DNA of 64,000 nucleotides, from IMG/VR virus record IMGVR_UViG_3300021137_000001, positions 265,322 through 329,321 of that record; one strand, 5' to 3'. Shown one piece after another: positions 9,995 through 19,000 of this stretch. Positions within the stretch are counted from its first letter, which is position 1, and each line of letters begins with the position of its first letter. The position numbers and the translations under genes are program-made. A model generated the notes under the pieces. The model searched no databases. It had not been told where the DNA came from and saw nothing but the letters and a program-made list of their open reading frames with translations.

Positions 9995-10295
9995 GTTTAA
10001 GTTCTTCGTGTTGTATATGCCACAAGTTCATTGCCTGCTGATAGTGTTGTGTGCATATATCTAAAAATTCCGATCGTTGCACAAAGATTGGGTTCTCGTA
10101 CGTATCTTCTAAGTATAGCGCAACACTGGGCCATGTTGAGAGAAACGCAATAAGCTCTGGTGTTACCTTAAAGAGCCCATTGTTATATGGTACGTGCAGA
10201 TCTGTTTGCACTTTCTCTTTAAGTATACGTTTGTTTGTTTGATAATCCGTTGCTTGTTTAATTTGAGCAACTAGTTGATTGATTTCTGTTGTCAT
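9978..10295 (-). CDS. Hypothetical protein, first gene of the GT/radical SAM operon
   Basis: 105-aa ORF overlapping 9233..9994; ATG preceded by TAATTA-N5. Confidence 0.7.
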   Translation of the reverse strand: MTTEINQLVAQIKQATDYQTNKRILKEKVQTDLHVPYNNGLFKVTPELIAFLSTWPSVALYLEDTYENPIFVQRSEFLDICTQHYQQAMNLWHIQHEELKRARKV

Positions 10296-10311
10296 AATAG
10301 TAATTAGCCAT

Positions 10312-10341
10312 AAAAATAGGTAAGTGTTTATTCTTACCTAT
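10312..10341 (-). terminator. Intrinsic terminator
   Basis: Minus strand ATAGGTAAG-AATAAACA-CTTACCTAT-TTTT, 9-bp perfect stem downstream of 10374..11327. Confidence 0.75.
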
Positions 10342-10370
10342 AGTGTACTACATTTATACGAGTATGTCAA
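10342..10370 (-). promoter_or_regulatory. Sigma70-type promoter upstream of the GT/radical SAM operon
   Basis: Minus strand TTGACA-17 nt-TACACT. Confidence 0.65.
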
Positions 10371-10373
10371 CTA

Positions 10374-11327
10374 TTATGCAACTACCGGAGTGCCCCATTG
10401 AGATACCAAATATGTTGTTTCTGGGTAAACAATATCAACTCGATGATTAAGTGTTACACTTAACACTGCGTTAAGAGCATGAGTTGGTGCGTTTAAATAT
10501 AAGTTAAAAGAAACTACTGCACCTTTATCACCATGCGCCGATACATTTTGCGCACTTGATAGCATTTGAATTTGTGCGTAATCCGTAGTATATGCGGCAG
10601 TTGTACTTGTAACTTGTATAAGAGACACTGCGCCCGTTGTAAGTCCTTGATACCCAATTGTAGTCGAATTAGTATTAAGCGTACCCCCTGTGCCAGTACG
10701 TCCGCCATTTGATGCGTTACGGAATGCGGTCATACCACCGACATTAGTTACTAGTAATGTAGATACATCGACGCTACGTGCAGTAGCATTATTAGTCGAT
10801 GATATTATAACAAGATTCAATTGCCCGCCTGCATTAAAAAAGTAACGTGCAGCATCACCACTGGCAAATGTTACTGTTCTAGTGGCAAATACTGCGGCAT
10901 ACGCCACACCTGTTGCTGCCGAAATTACTGGGGAAAATGTAGCACCAGTAGTAGTTGCGCCTTGTGCAGTAAATGTTGAACTGTTGGTGTTAATTGTTGT
11001 AACTGCGGTATTTAATGCGGCGCTATATGTAGCGGTTGCGCCAGATGTAAGGGTTGGTACGGAGATAGCAGCGGCAGCCCCACTCTGATGTTGTACACAT
11101 ACATTAAGTGCTGTTAATAATCCGCTCCATTGTGTTGCTGTTACAATGCCTGCAGCCGATATAGTATTGAGATTAGTAACTACTTGCCCATAGCCAACTG
11201 CTCCGGAACCAACACCGAGTACGTAGGCAATATTAACTGGCGAGGTAGTATAAGTGCCCTGTGTACCACCCCATGCTAATGCATTAAAATCGGCTGCTTG
11301 AATTGTTCCAGTTGATGCGTATGACAT
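10374..11327 (-). CDS. Virion structural protein (Thr/Ala/Ser/Gly-rich, fibre/baseplate-associated), paralog A
   Basis: Very low charge, beta-rich composition, ARYFFNAGG motif, at the end of the tail module; clear paralog of 11450..12406. Confidence 0.7.
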   Translation of the reverse strand: MSYASTGTIQAADFNALAWGGTQGTYTTSPVNIAYVLGVGSGAVGYGQVVTNLNTISAAGIVTATQWSGLLTALNVCVQHQSGAAAAISVPTLTSGATATYSAALNTAVTTINTNSSTFTAQGATTTGATFSPVISAATGVAYAAVFATRTVTFASGDAARYFFNAGGQLNLVIISSTNNATARSVDVSTLLVTNVGGMTAFRNASNGGRTGTGGTLNTNSTTIGYQGLTTGAVSLIQVTSTTAAYTTDYAQIQMLSSAQNVSAHGDKGAVVSFNLYLNAPTHALNAVLSVTLNHRVDIVYPETTYLVSQWGTPVVA

Positions 11328-11384
11328 TTTCTATTAATTCCTTTACTGCAATATAATAATTACTTATCTTCAATGCATTGCATT

Positions 11385-11454
11385 CATAAAAATAGGTAAG
11401 TGTTTATTCTTACCTATAGTGTACTACATTTATATTAGTATGTCAACTATTATG
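11385..11454. repeat. 70-bp direct repeat, copy 2
   Basis: 68/70 identical to 10309..10378; contains hairpin plus T-tract 11388-11417 and TTGACA-17-TACACT at 11446-11418 (minus). Confidence 0.95.
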
Positions 11455-12406
11455 TAATTGACACTGTACCCCATGAGTTAGTTGTTAAGTAGGTTGATTC
11501 TGGATAAACAACATCAATCTGGAAGTTTAACGTAGCATTAATTGTGTCGTCCCATGCATGATCGGCAACTACATAGCCCAATCTAAAAGCAACACCATAT
11601 CCAGCTGCACCGTTAGTAGTGTCGGGATTGAAGCCATAAACTTGTAAATATGAATAATTGGCAGTATATGCCGCAGTAGTGTCAGTTACTTGTACTAGTG
11701 TATTTGCCACGCCTTGTACATTATTTCTATATCCATATGCTGTATTATTTGTATTCTGTGTAAGGCCAGTACCGCTGCGCCCAGCATTTGTTGTTTGACG
11801 AAATTGTGTTATTCCGCCGACTGCATTAATTACACGTACAAAACTTTGGCTTGACAAAGATCCATTAAGATCAGTTGCAGAAACGCGAACATTTAAATAG
11901 CCGCCTGCATTAAAGAAGTAACGTGCAGCTTGTGCACCTGATGAAAAAGTCGCAAAGTGATCAGTATATGAGTTTACCCCTGTTGTACTACCGGCACCTA
12001 TGTTTGTAGTTGCAAGCGAACCAGTAGTTGTAGCACCTTGCGCTGTATATAATGCAGAATTTGTGTTAATTGTTGTTACAGCCGTTGCCACTGTACTAAA
12101 GTAAGTAATTTTATTACCAGCAGTAATAGTCGGGCTCACTGTTAATTGTGCGCCTGCGCCACTTTGATGACCCAACGCAGCATTTAATGTTGTTAACAAC
12201 CCGCTCCACTGTACCGCAGTAACAGTACCTGCTGCTGCAACTGTGTTAATGGCAGTAACAGACTGGCCGTAGCCCACTGCGCCAGAACCAACTCCCATAA
12301 CATAAGCAATGTTAGTTGGGCTTGCTGTGTAAGTACCTTGTGTACCACCCCATGCTAAGTTATTATAATCCGTTGCTTGTATTAAGCCAGCTGATGCGTA
12401 TGACAT
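11450..12406 (-). CDS. Virion structural protein, paralog B
   Basis: Shares MSYAS..IQA.D.N.LAWGGTQGTYT.SP.NIAYV.GVGSGAVGYGQ, ARYFFNAGG and VYPE.TYL..WGT with 10374..11327. Confidence 0.7.
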   Translation of the reverse strand: MSYASAGLIQATDYNNLAWGGTQGTYTASPTNIAYVMGVGSGAVGYGQSVTAINTVAAAGTVTAVQWSGLLTTLNAALGHQSGAGAQLTVSPTITAGNKITYFSTVATAVTTINTNSALYTAQGATTTGSLATTNIGAGSTTGVNSYTDHFATFSSGAQAARYFFNAGGYLNVRVSATDLNGSLSSQSFVRVINAVGGITQFRQTTNAGRSGTGLTQNTNNTAYGYRNNVQGVANTLVQVTDTTAAYTANYSYLQVYGFNPDTTNGAAGYGVAFRLGYVVADHAWDDTINATLNFQIDVVYPESTYLTTNSWGTVSIT

Positions 12407-12417
12407 ATTTGTTATCC

Positions 12418-13908
12418 TTAACTATTTAATTTAACTATTGCTTCAACAGTGCCTTCGCCCATTGATGTTTTATTTTCTAACGCACGACCAATAACATTAA
12501 ATGCTGTCATTTCGCTACGTGTTGCAGCTCGAGCTAAACCACGACCTGCACTTACTAACCTATCACCCTTTTTAACAGTACCAATTACACGAACTGGCAC
12601 ACGACCATTGACTGCAACTGGTGGGTGAGTAACATCGTTACCTGCTCCACCGTTCATTAAGAAGCCTGCTTTCATACTTATCACTCCAAACACTGCCTCG
12701 CTTAAATCCTGAACCACGGCAGTGATTTCTTTAAGTCCGCCAAGTTCAACAACTGTTCCTGGTGTATATGATGCGTCTGATTCAAAGCGTTCCGCTAAGT
12801 CAGCGTATAATGAAGTAGTCGATGTACCAATTAAGTTACCGTAGAATGTAGAAGCAATTGCGTTAACTGCATATACGTTAGCAAATTTAGTACCAGTTGC
12901 ACCAATGTTAATTGTATTTGGGCTGTTTGGTAAGATTGTGTTTGATGCAATAGTAATACCTTGATTTAATGTATAACCAGTTACTGTTAAGTTACCAGTA
13001 ACACTTGCTGTACCTTGTGTAATAAAATTACCCGGTAATGTAACTGCTGAAGTAGTACCGTTAATACCAATTGCTTTAGTACTAACCCCACCCATCTTAA
13101 CCCATAAGTTCAAGTCGCCGTTATTGAAACTGTTAGTTAAACTAACTGCTCCGCCAGTAGAAACAATAGTTAAATCACTACTTACTACCAATCCACCATT
13201 TACTGAAAGTTGATAGTTAGTACTTGTATTTTGATCATTACGTAAGTACGAACCGCCAGTAACACCATTGACTGTTAGTGCGTTACTTGCATCGCCTGTA
13301 AATTGTGCGCCAGTAAGTGTACTTGAACTAATTAAGTTCATACCAGGTTTAACTGTTGTAAATCCTGCAATTGATGTTTGTGGAGTAAATGTACTATCTT
13401 TACTTAGAATAGCAATTACGCTATTTGAAATATAAAATTTAACAACAACGTGACTAATTGAACTACTATCTAAAATAGTTTCAACTACTGCACCACTTGT
13501 TCCCGATGTTGCAGTGTATGATGGGCCAATTGTTACCCACGCACTACCGCTCCATACTTTAAGTTGAGCATTATTAGTGTCCCACCATAAGTCACCAGTC
13601 ACTGGGCTAGTCGGCGAACTGCTAGAAGCAGCAGAACTACTAATTGGTTTCCATCCTGCAGAACCACCAGCATAAACTTTCAATACATTATTAGTACTAT
13701 CGTACCAAAGTTGACCAGTTAATGCAGCACTTGGTGCAGTTGTATTAGAAAAGTTTTCAAGCAACTTAATATAGTTTTCATTTAAGAAAATACCATAACC
13801 TGCATAGTTTTTACCGATTAAAGTTAAACTAGTTGTTGTGGAATTGACTGTTCCGTCTGCTATAGTTGCGAGTGTAACACCTGCTGTTGTAGTTATTGTA
13901 TATGACAT
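12418..13908 (-). CDS. Tail fibre/baseplate-attached protein with C-terminal intramolecular chaperone (peptidase G2/S74-like) domain
   Basis: N-terminal LIGKNYAGYG..NENYIKLLENF domain, repeated G(Q/D)LW(Y/W)D..LKV, C-terminal YADLAERF...PGTVV...GVIS...GRVPVRV. Confidence 0.65.
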   Translation of the reverse strand: MSYTITTTAGVTLATIADGTVNSTTTSLTLIGKNYAGYGIFLNENYIKLLENFSNTTAPSAALTGQLWYDSTNNVLKVYAGGSAGWKPISSSAASSSSPTSPVTGDLWWDTNNAQLKVWSGSAWVTIGPSYTATSGTSGAVVETILDSSSISHVVVKFYISNSVIAILSKDSTFTPQTSIAGFTTVKPGMNLISSSTLTGAQFTGDASNALTVNGVTGGSYLRNDQNTSTNYQLSVNGGLVVSSDLTIVSTGGAVSLTNSFNNGDLNLWVKMGGVSTKAIGINGTTSAVTLPGNFITQGTASVTGNLTVTGYTLNQGITIASNTILPNSPNTINIGATGTKFANVYAVNAIASTFYGNLIGTSTTSLYADLAERFESDASYTPGTVVELGGLKEITAVVQDLSEAVFGVISMKAGFLMNGGAGNDVTHPPVAVNGRVPVRVIGTVKKGDRLVSAGRGLARAATRSEMTAFNVIGRALENKTSMGEGTVEAIVKLNS

Positions 13909-13940
13909 TATTATTACCTATTATATGTTATTTATCTGCA

Positions 13941-15338
13941 TTAAGCCGTACGTTGAAACCAAAAGTCGCCATCATGTGAACCGCTATCGTTAACACCTGC
14001 TTGCGGAGCATCGACACTAACAATCTTAGCACTACCACCCCACCATTGTCCTGCTGTTCCTACATATTCAGTTGTTGCTACCGCAGCATTGCCTGCACTT
14101 GTATAATCTTGTGATTGTGTCACTGCTACTGCGCCATTTCTTAAATTTAAACCGCTTGCACTTGCAGTTGCAACACTAGTGCCATCAATTACTAAATTGG
14201 CACTACCTGTATCTACATCAAGTATTTCCAAATAGCTGTTGCCTTGGTATATTTTATTCTTTAAGAATCCAGAGTTATTAACTACGTATTCTGTTGTTGC
14301 TACTGTAGTATTAACTGTGCCAGCAAGTTGTGTTGGTGCTGTTAAATCGCCTGAGTAAGAACCAGTGCCAATAACATTCAATGCACCAGTTACTGTCGCA
14401 CCGGCACCTAGTAATAAGCCGCCCGATAGCGTCGCACTTAAAAGCGAAGCAGTACCAGTTGCGCCATCAATACCAAATGCCAATGTATTAACTCCACCTA
14501 CTGCCGCATAAAAGTTAATATCGCCATTTGTAATATTATTTTTAACACTAACATCGCCTGCTGTGGTTGTTGTAATTTGTAAGTTACTAGTAAGTCCGAC
14601 AGTAATGCCACCGTTATTAACAATAGCAAGTGTACCTGTACTACTATTGTTAATATCTGTACGTAAGTAGTTAGTTGCAATAACGCCACCTAAGTAACTA
14701 GCATTGTTAGCAGTACCCCAAAACGTTTCGCCTGAATGTATGTTATAGCCTGTTTGAATAGTTGCGTAGCCAGCAATCGGAGTAAGTGGAGTAAATTCAC
14801 TGTCTTGACTGATAATGCCAGAACGTGTTCCACCTACGTACATTGAGACAACATCATGCATAGCTGTCGTTGTATCTTCAATTCGTTCCCAAATTGCGCC
14901 TGCCTTGCCATATACTTTGCTCCATGTTGGACCAACTAATTGCCAACCAGCAAGTGCATATGGTGTAGTACCATCGTATACGTACAATTGATTAGCATAA
15001 GTATCCCACCAAATGTCGCCAGCAATTGTAGTTACTGGGGCACCAAGTGTACTGCTATTTTGTGCAGTTGCACTACTGATGATTTTAAAATATGTGCCGG
15101 TATATACTTTCAATAAACTATCGGCTGTATCCCACCATAATTGTCCGCTCAGTGGATTACTTGGGGAAATGTCATACGCAAAGTTTTCAGTTAGTTTAAC
15201 TAAGTCATCAGTCATTATCTGACCGTAGTTACTATAGTTACGACCAACTAATGTTAAACTAGTATGCGACGTATCCACTGTACCATCTAAAATAGTACCA
15301 AGTGTTGTTCCGTTTGTTTTTCTTATTATATACGACAT
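13941..15338 (-). CDS. Tail fibre/baseplate-attached protein, paralog of the N-terminal half of 12418..13908
   Basis: LVGRNYSNYG...KLTENF, GQLWWD, GDIWWD; VATTEYV fibre-type repeats. Confidence 0.65.
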   Translation of the reverse strand: MSYIIRKTNGTTLGTILDGTVDTSHTSLTLVGRNYSNYGQIMTDDLVKLTENFAYDISPSNPLSGQLWWDTADSLLKVYTGTYFKIISSATAQNSSTLGAPVTTIAGDIWWDTYANQLYVYDGTTPYALAGWQLVGPTWSKVYGKAGAIWERIEDTTTAMHDVVSMYVGGTRSGIISQDSEFTPLTPIAGYATIQTGYNIHSGETFWGTANNASYLGGVIATNYLRTDINNSSTGTLAIVNNGGITVGLTSNLQITTTTAGDVSVKNNITNGDINFYAAVGGVNTLAFGIDGATGTASLLSATLSGGLLLGAGATVTGALNVIGTGSYSGDLTAPTQLAGTVNTTVATTEYVVNNSGFLKNKIYQGNSYLEILDVDTGSANLVIDGTSVATASASGLNLRNGAVAVTQSQDYTSAGNAAVATTEYVGTAGQWWGGSAKIVSVDAPQAGVNDSGSHDGDFWFQRTA

Positions 15339-15351
15339 TGTCTTTTCCTAG

Positions 15352-16014
15352 TTATACTGTAGTGCTTAAATTAGTCAGTGTTTGTATGCGCACTGTGTAA
15401 TCAATTTGTATTAGTCTGTTTAGCGATTTTTGCACTGGGCTAAAAATCACGTGTGTTAGTAGTTTACCGAGTCCTTCGCCTGATGCATTAAATCCTTTTA
15501 AACCCAATTCGTCAAATACAAATTGTCCGTTTAAGTCTTGACTGTTATCAAACACTGCTTGCCCATTTGGTTCGCCATAGTCTAATAGACAGCTTATAAT
15601 AATATCACTATAAATTTGTCCCGGTACGTGGGTAATTGAAATTTTATTTCTTAGTGGGTCGCCGTTTGCAGCATTAGTATCATCTACAATTTTGTAGTAT
15701 TGCGGACTATATAAATCAGCATTTTGTACGTTTGTGTTTGTTGGCAAGTATGTAATAACACCAGTTGGATCAACTGTAGTTCCGCCATTACCAAAATGCA
15801 TCTCAGTAATAAAATTATTACCTTTGTTGCCTAAACTTGTAGCAATTGCTTCACTCATATTTTCATAATGAATGGCATTGCGTTTGTTTACAAACACTTC
15901 TTTAGTCTCAGGGTCAAATATTTTAATATGCCCTTGCACACTGATTCCGCCGCGTTCATCGGGTTGTTTAGCTGGCTGTGGTTTAATTATTGATTCTTGC
16001 ATTTTTTTATCCAT
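15352..16014 (-). CDS. Conserved baseplate/tail-fibre attachment protein
   Basis: GHIKIFD...NAIH...FGNGG...FDELGL...THVIFSPVQKS...IDYTVRI pattern resembling fibre-attachment domains; between the wedge and fibre genes. Confidence 0.55.
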   Translation of the reverse strand: MDKKMQESIIKPQPAKQPDERGGISVQGHIKIFDPETKEVFVNKRNAIHYENMSEAIATSLGNKGNNFITEMHFGNGGTTVDPTGVITYLPTNTNVQNADLYSPQYYKIVDDTNAANGDPLRNKISITHVPGQIYSDIIISCLLDYGEPNGQAVFDNSQDLNGQFVFDELGLKGFNASGEGLGKLLTHVIFSPVQKSLNRLIQIDYTVRIQTLTNLSTTV

Positions 16015-16071
16015 ATACTTATTTATTTCATTCCTTTACGACTACTAACAGTTATAGTATTTACCGTATAT

Positions 16072-19000
16072 TTAAGGTGCAATTAATGTAGCTGTACTAT
16101 TTTTTAAGAATAATACTTGCGGTGTTATTGCTCCATTAAATCCAGTTCCGTCTGTTGCTGTTGTTGCACCATGATTTTGCCATACATTTGCAGTAATTAG
16201 CGTTACATTTGCAGCAATAGTTACTGTACCCGCAGTGCCAACTAATCCAGCTTTTGTCATACTTAATGGATATACATTTCCTGTACTTGTTCCATTAATT
16301 ATCAACGCAGATCCAACCGTTGGGTTAGTAGTTATAGTTACTGGGTATACTCTGCTATCAACTCCGTTAATTGCAATGTTTCCAGCGCCAGTTACTAATT
16401 TAGCCATACTATTATAGCTTACTGCTATAGTATTAATAGTTGCACTATCACGGGTTACATATAAGTTAGCGCCAGTTAATCCCTGGGTTACGATATCACC
16501 AGTTACCACAGTAACATTGCCACTTAATTTTACATCATTTTCTAAATATCTAAATGGGTTCGTAGAATTTGATGTAACTAATACTATATTAGTTGATGTG
16601 TTGACACTAGATATTGTTGCGCTTGCACCTAATATTGATTGTGTAATAACATCACCGATATTAGCAGTAATTCTGCTTGATAAATCAAGATAATATGACA
16701 CAGTATCAGTGACCGAATATGTTGTAGTGCCTAATGTCATTGTACTGTTAGCAGTTGCATTCGGAACAAGTTGTGACGTACTTGCATCAACTACACGCAA
16801 TCCACTTACATGCATTAATGGAGTACTTGTTCCTTGTGTACCGCGACGTATTTGCCCTAATGTATTCGCAATTAAATTAATTGTGTAATATGTTATTCGT
16901 TCACCATTGATAAACACTACGCCCGGAGTTGCACCAGCAAGATTAGGCACAGACAATAGACTTGCATTAGTTACAATAATAGTTGTATCACCAATATGCA
17001 AATTAGCCGCAAGTGTTGTCGAATGTGCAGTCGCAATACGTAAATAACTTTCTTCACGCATCATGTTACTAAACATTCTGTATCCGATTACATCAACATT
17101 GCCATTGATTTTAGTATATACTTGCATATCTAATGTATCAAATACAATGCCCGGGACTAATTCTTCTGGAGCATGACTTGAATATGTATCAACATACGCA
17201 CCACCAACAACATCAATATCTTCTGCACGTGTGCCAAGAGCTAAATCGGTGTAATTGCTTTGTATCAATGAATCAACTGTTGCGTCAGATAACATCGGCA
17301 AGCCATCTGCAGCATATTGAATGTTGTCAAACATACCATTATCAAATGGTGTTGCACCACTAAAGCCCGGAGCTTGTTCAAAACCAAGTCCTTGTACTTG
17401 TACACCCGGATAATCAATACCACGCAATAATTGTTTTAAATCTCTTGCTGGCATAGTTGCACCTGGTTCGTAGTAGCCAGTGATACGATCATTTGCATTA
17501 GTAAAGTTCGATGCATTATAAACAGTATAATCATTCGAAATAAACGTAGAACCAGTTGTTATATTTGCATTAACTGTAAACGCTTGACGTTTTGCTCCGG
17601 CCAATGTACCGATATGAGTTATGATATCACCAGCAGTGTAAGATGTGTTTGCTGCCCATTCTTTAACTGAACTAGTGTAACTAATTCTATCAAATTTCAG
17701 TGTTGTATCAAAGCTTCTAACTTGATTATTTTTAAGTACAGCATACGCAGTTGCTGGTGTTGTATTACTACCATTAAGAACTACTGTTGGCGTTGTATAA
17801 TATCCACTACCATTTTTAATCATATCAATTCTAATCACTGCACCGGTATCATAGTTAATAATTGCACGTGCTGTTGCACCAGTACCAACACCAACGATAG
17901 TAACAATTGGTTCAGCAGTATAACCACTACCTGCATTTTCAACTAAAATACTCTCAACACGATGATTTCTATTTGCATACCATTGATCGTATGGTGCAGT
18001 TTGCCATAGTGCTTCATCTTTGGCAACTTGCTCACCACTCGGACTACGGAATACTTTCATATCTGTATCATAATATGCTGGTAAATCAAAGTCAGTTACG
18101 CTACCAGCAAATTCATCTGTACTATTATAGCTAATTAAATATTCACGCAATTTAGTTGCGTACGGTTTAACTTCTGTAATATAGTCTTGATAATAAGTTT
18201 GATTATCCTTAATATAGTTAGGGTATTGTACTAATGAACGCAATTGATGTATTACACTAATGAAACTAGTTTTAAATATCCAATCAACATATTTTTGTTC
18301 ATTGAATAGATAGTTAACCATTACAAAGAATAGTTTATTAAATTCGGCAGCTAGCTCGCCGATGAATATATCTTCTCTGAGTGCAGTAAGAATCGAACGT
18401 ATTTCAATATTTGGGTTTTGGTCGAATCTCTTAGACGAAAATCCTTGATTGCCAAATCCTAATTCATTATCAGCAAAATTGCCAATTGATGTATCTAGTT
18501 GCACAGTTCCGTTTTGTATTCCAACAACACTAAAACTAAGATTACTGTTTACAACAATTAAACTCCAGCCATGACTCCCGCCATTGCTTACTCTGACAAG
18601 TATTTCGTTGCCCGGAGCAACTGATAATTTTAATGCATCAACTAGTGTAGGTACAACATATGTAATTTGATCAGCGATGCTATATCCCGCTGCATACCAA
18701 TCAACATAATGCCAGTATAAATTAGTTTTGTAACTTTGTACTCTACTAATTTCCCATGTTTTGCTCATTGATAATTCGTACACTACCCATAAATTATCTT
18801 GTGTAGTATCTTGATCTACTAATACTTTATAACCTGTAGCCAATGTTACTGTATCGATATATGCTAGCTCTGCATCTGTTGCAATTTTTTGGTCGTATTC
18901 ACCAAGTTTAGCACTAGGTTGTGGCTCTGATGAATTTAACATAGTTAAATCATATTCACGTGCAATAGGCTTAGTTATTAATACACTGTTAACATAATCC

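Larger units (their letters stand above)
10309..10378. repeat. 70-bp direct repeat, copy 1 (terminator + sigma70-type promoter)
   Basis: 68/70 identical to 11385..11454 (only CG vs TT differ). Confidence 0.95.

Noticed and set aside
8057-10295. RiPP precursor peptides for the radical SAM enzymes
   Set aside because: The small ORFs (105 and 116 aa) look globular, with no leader/core or repeat pattern; a precursor outside the window cannot be excluded
10309-11454. CRISPR array or insertion-sequence ends
   Set aside because: Only two 70-bp direct copies 1076 bp apart, with no spacer periodicity, cas gene or transposase
10374-12406. Diversity-generating retroelement template/variable repeats in the paralogous virion genes
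   Set aside because: No reverse transcriptase in the window, differences are not adenine-specific, and the near-identical repeat is intergenic
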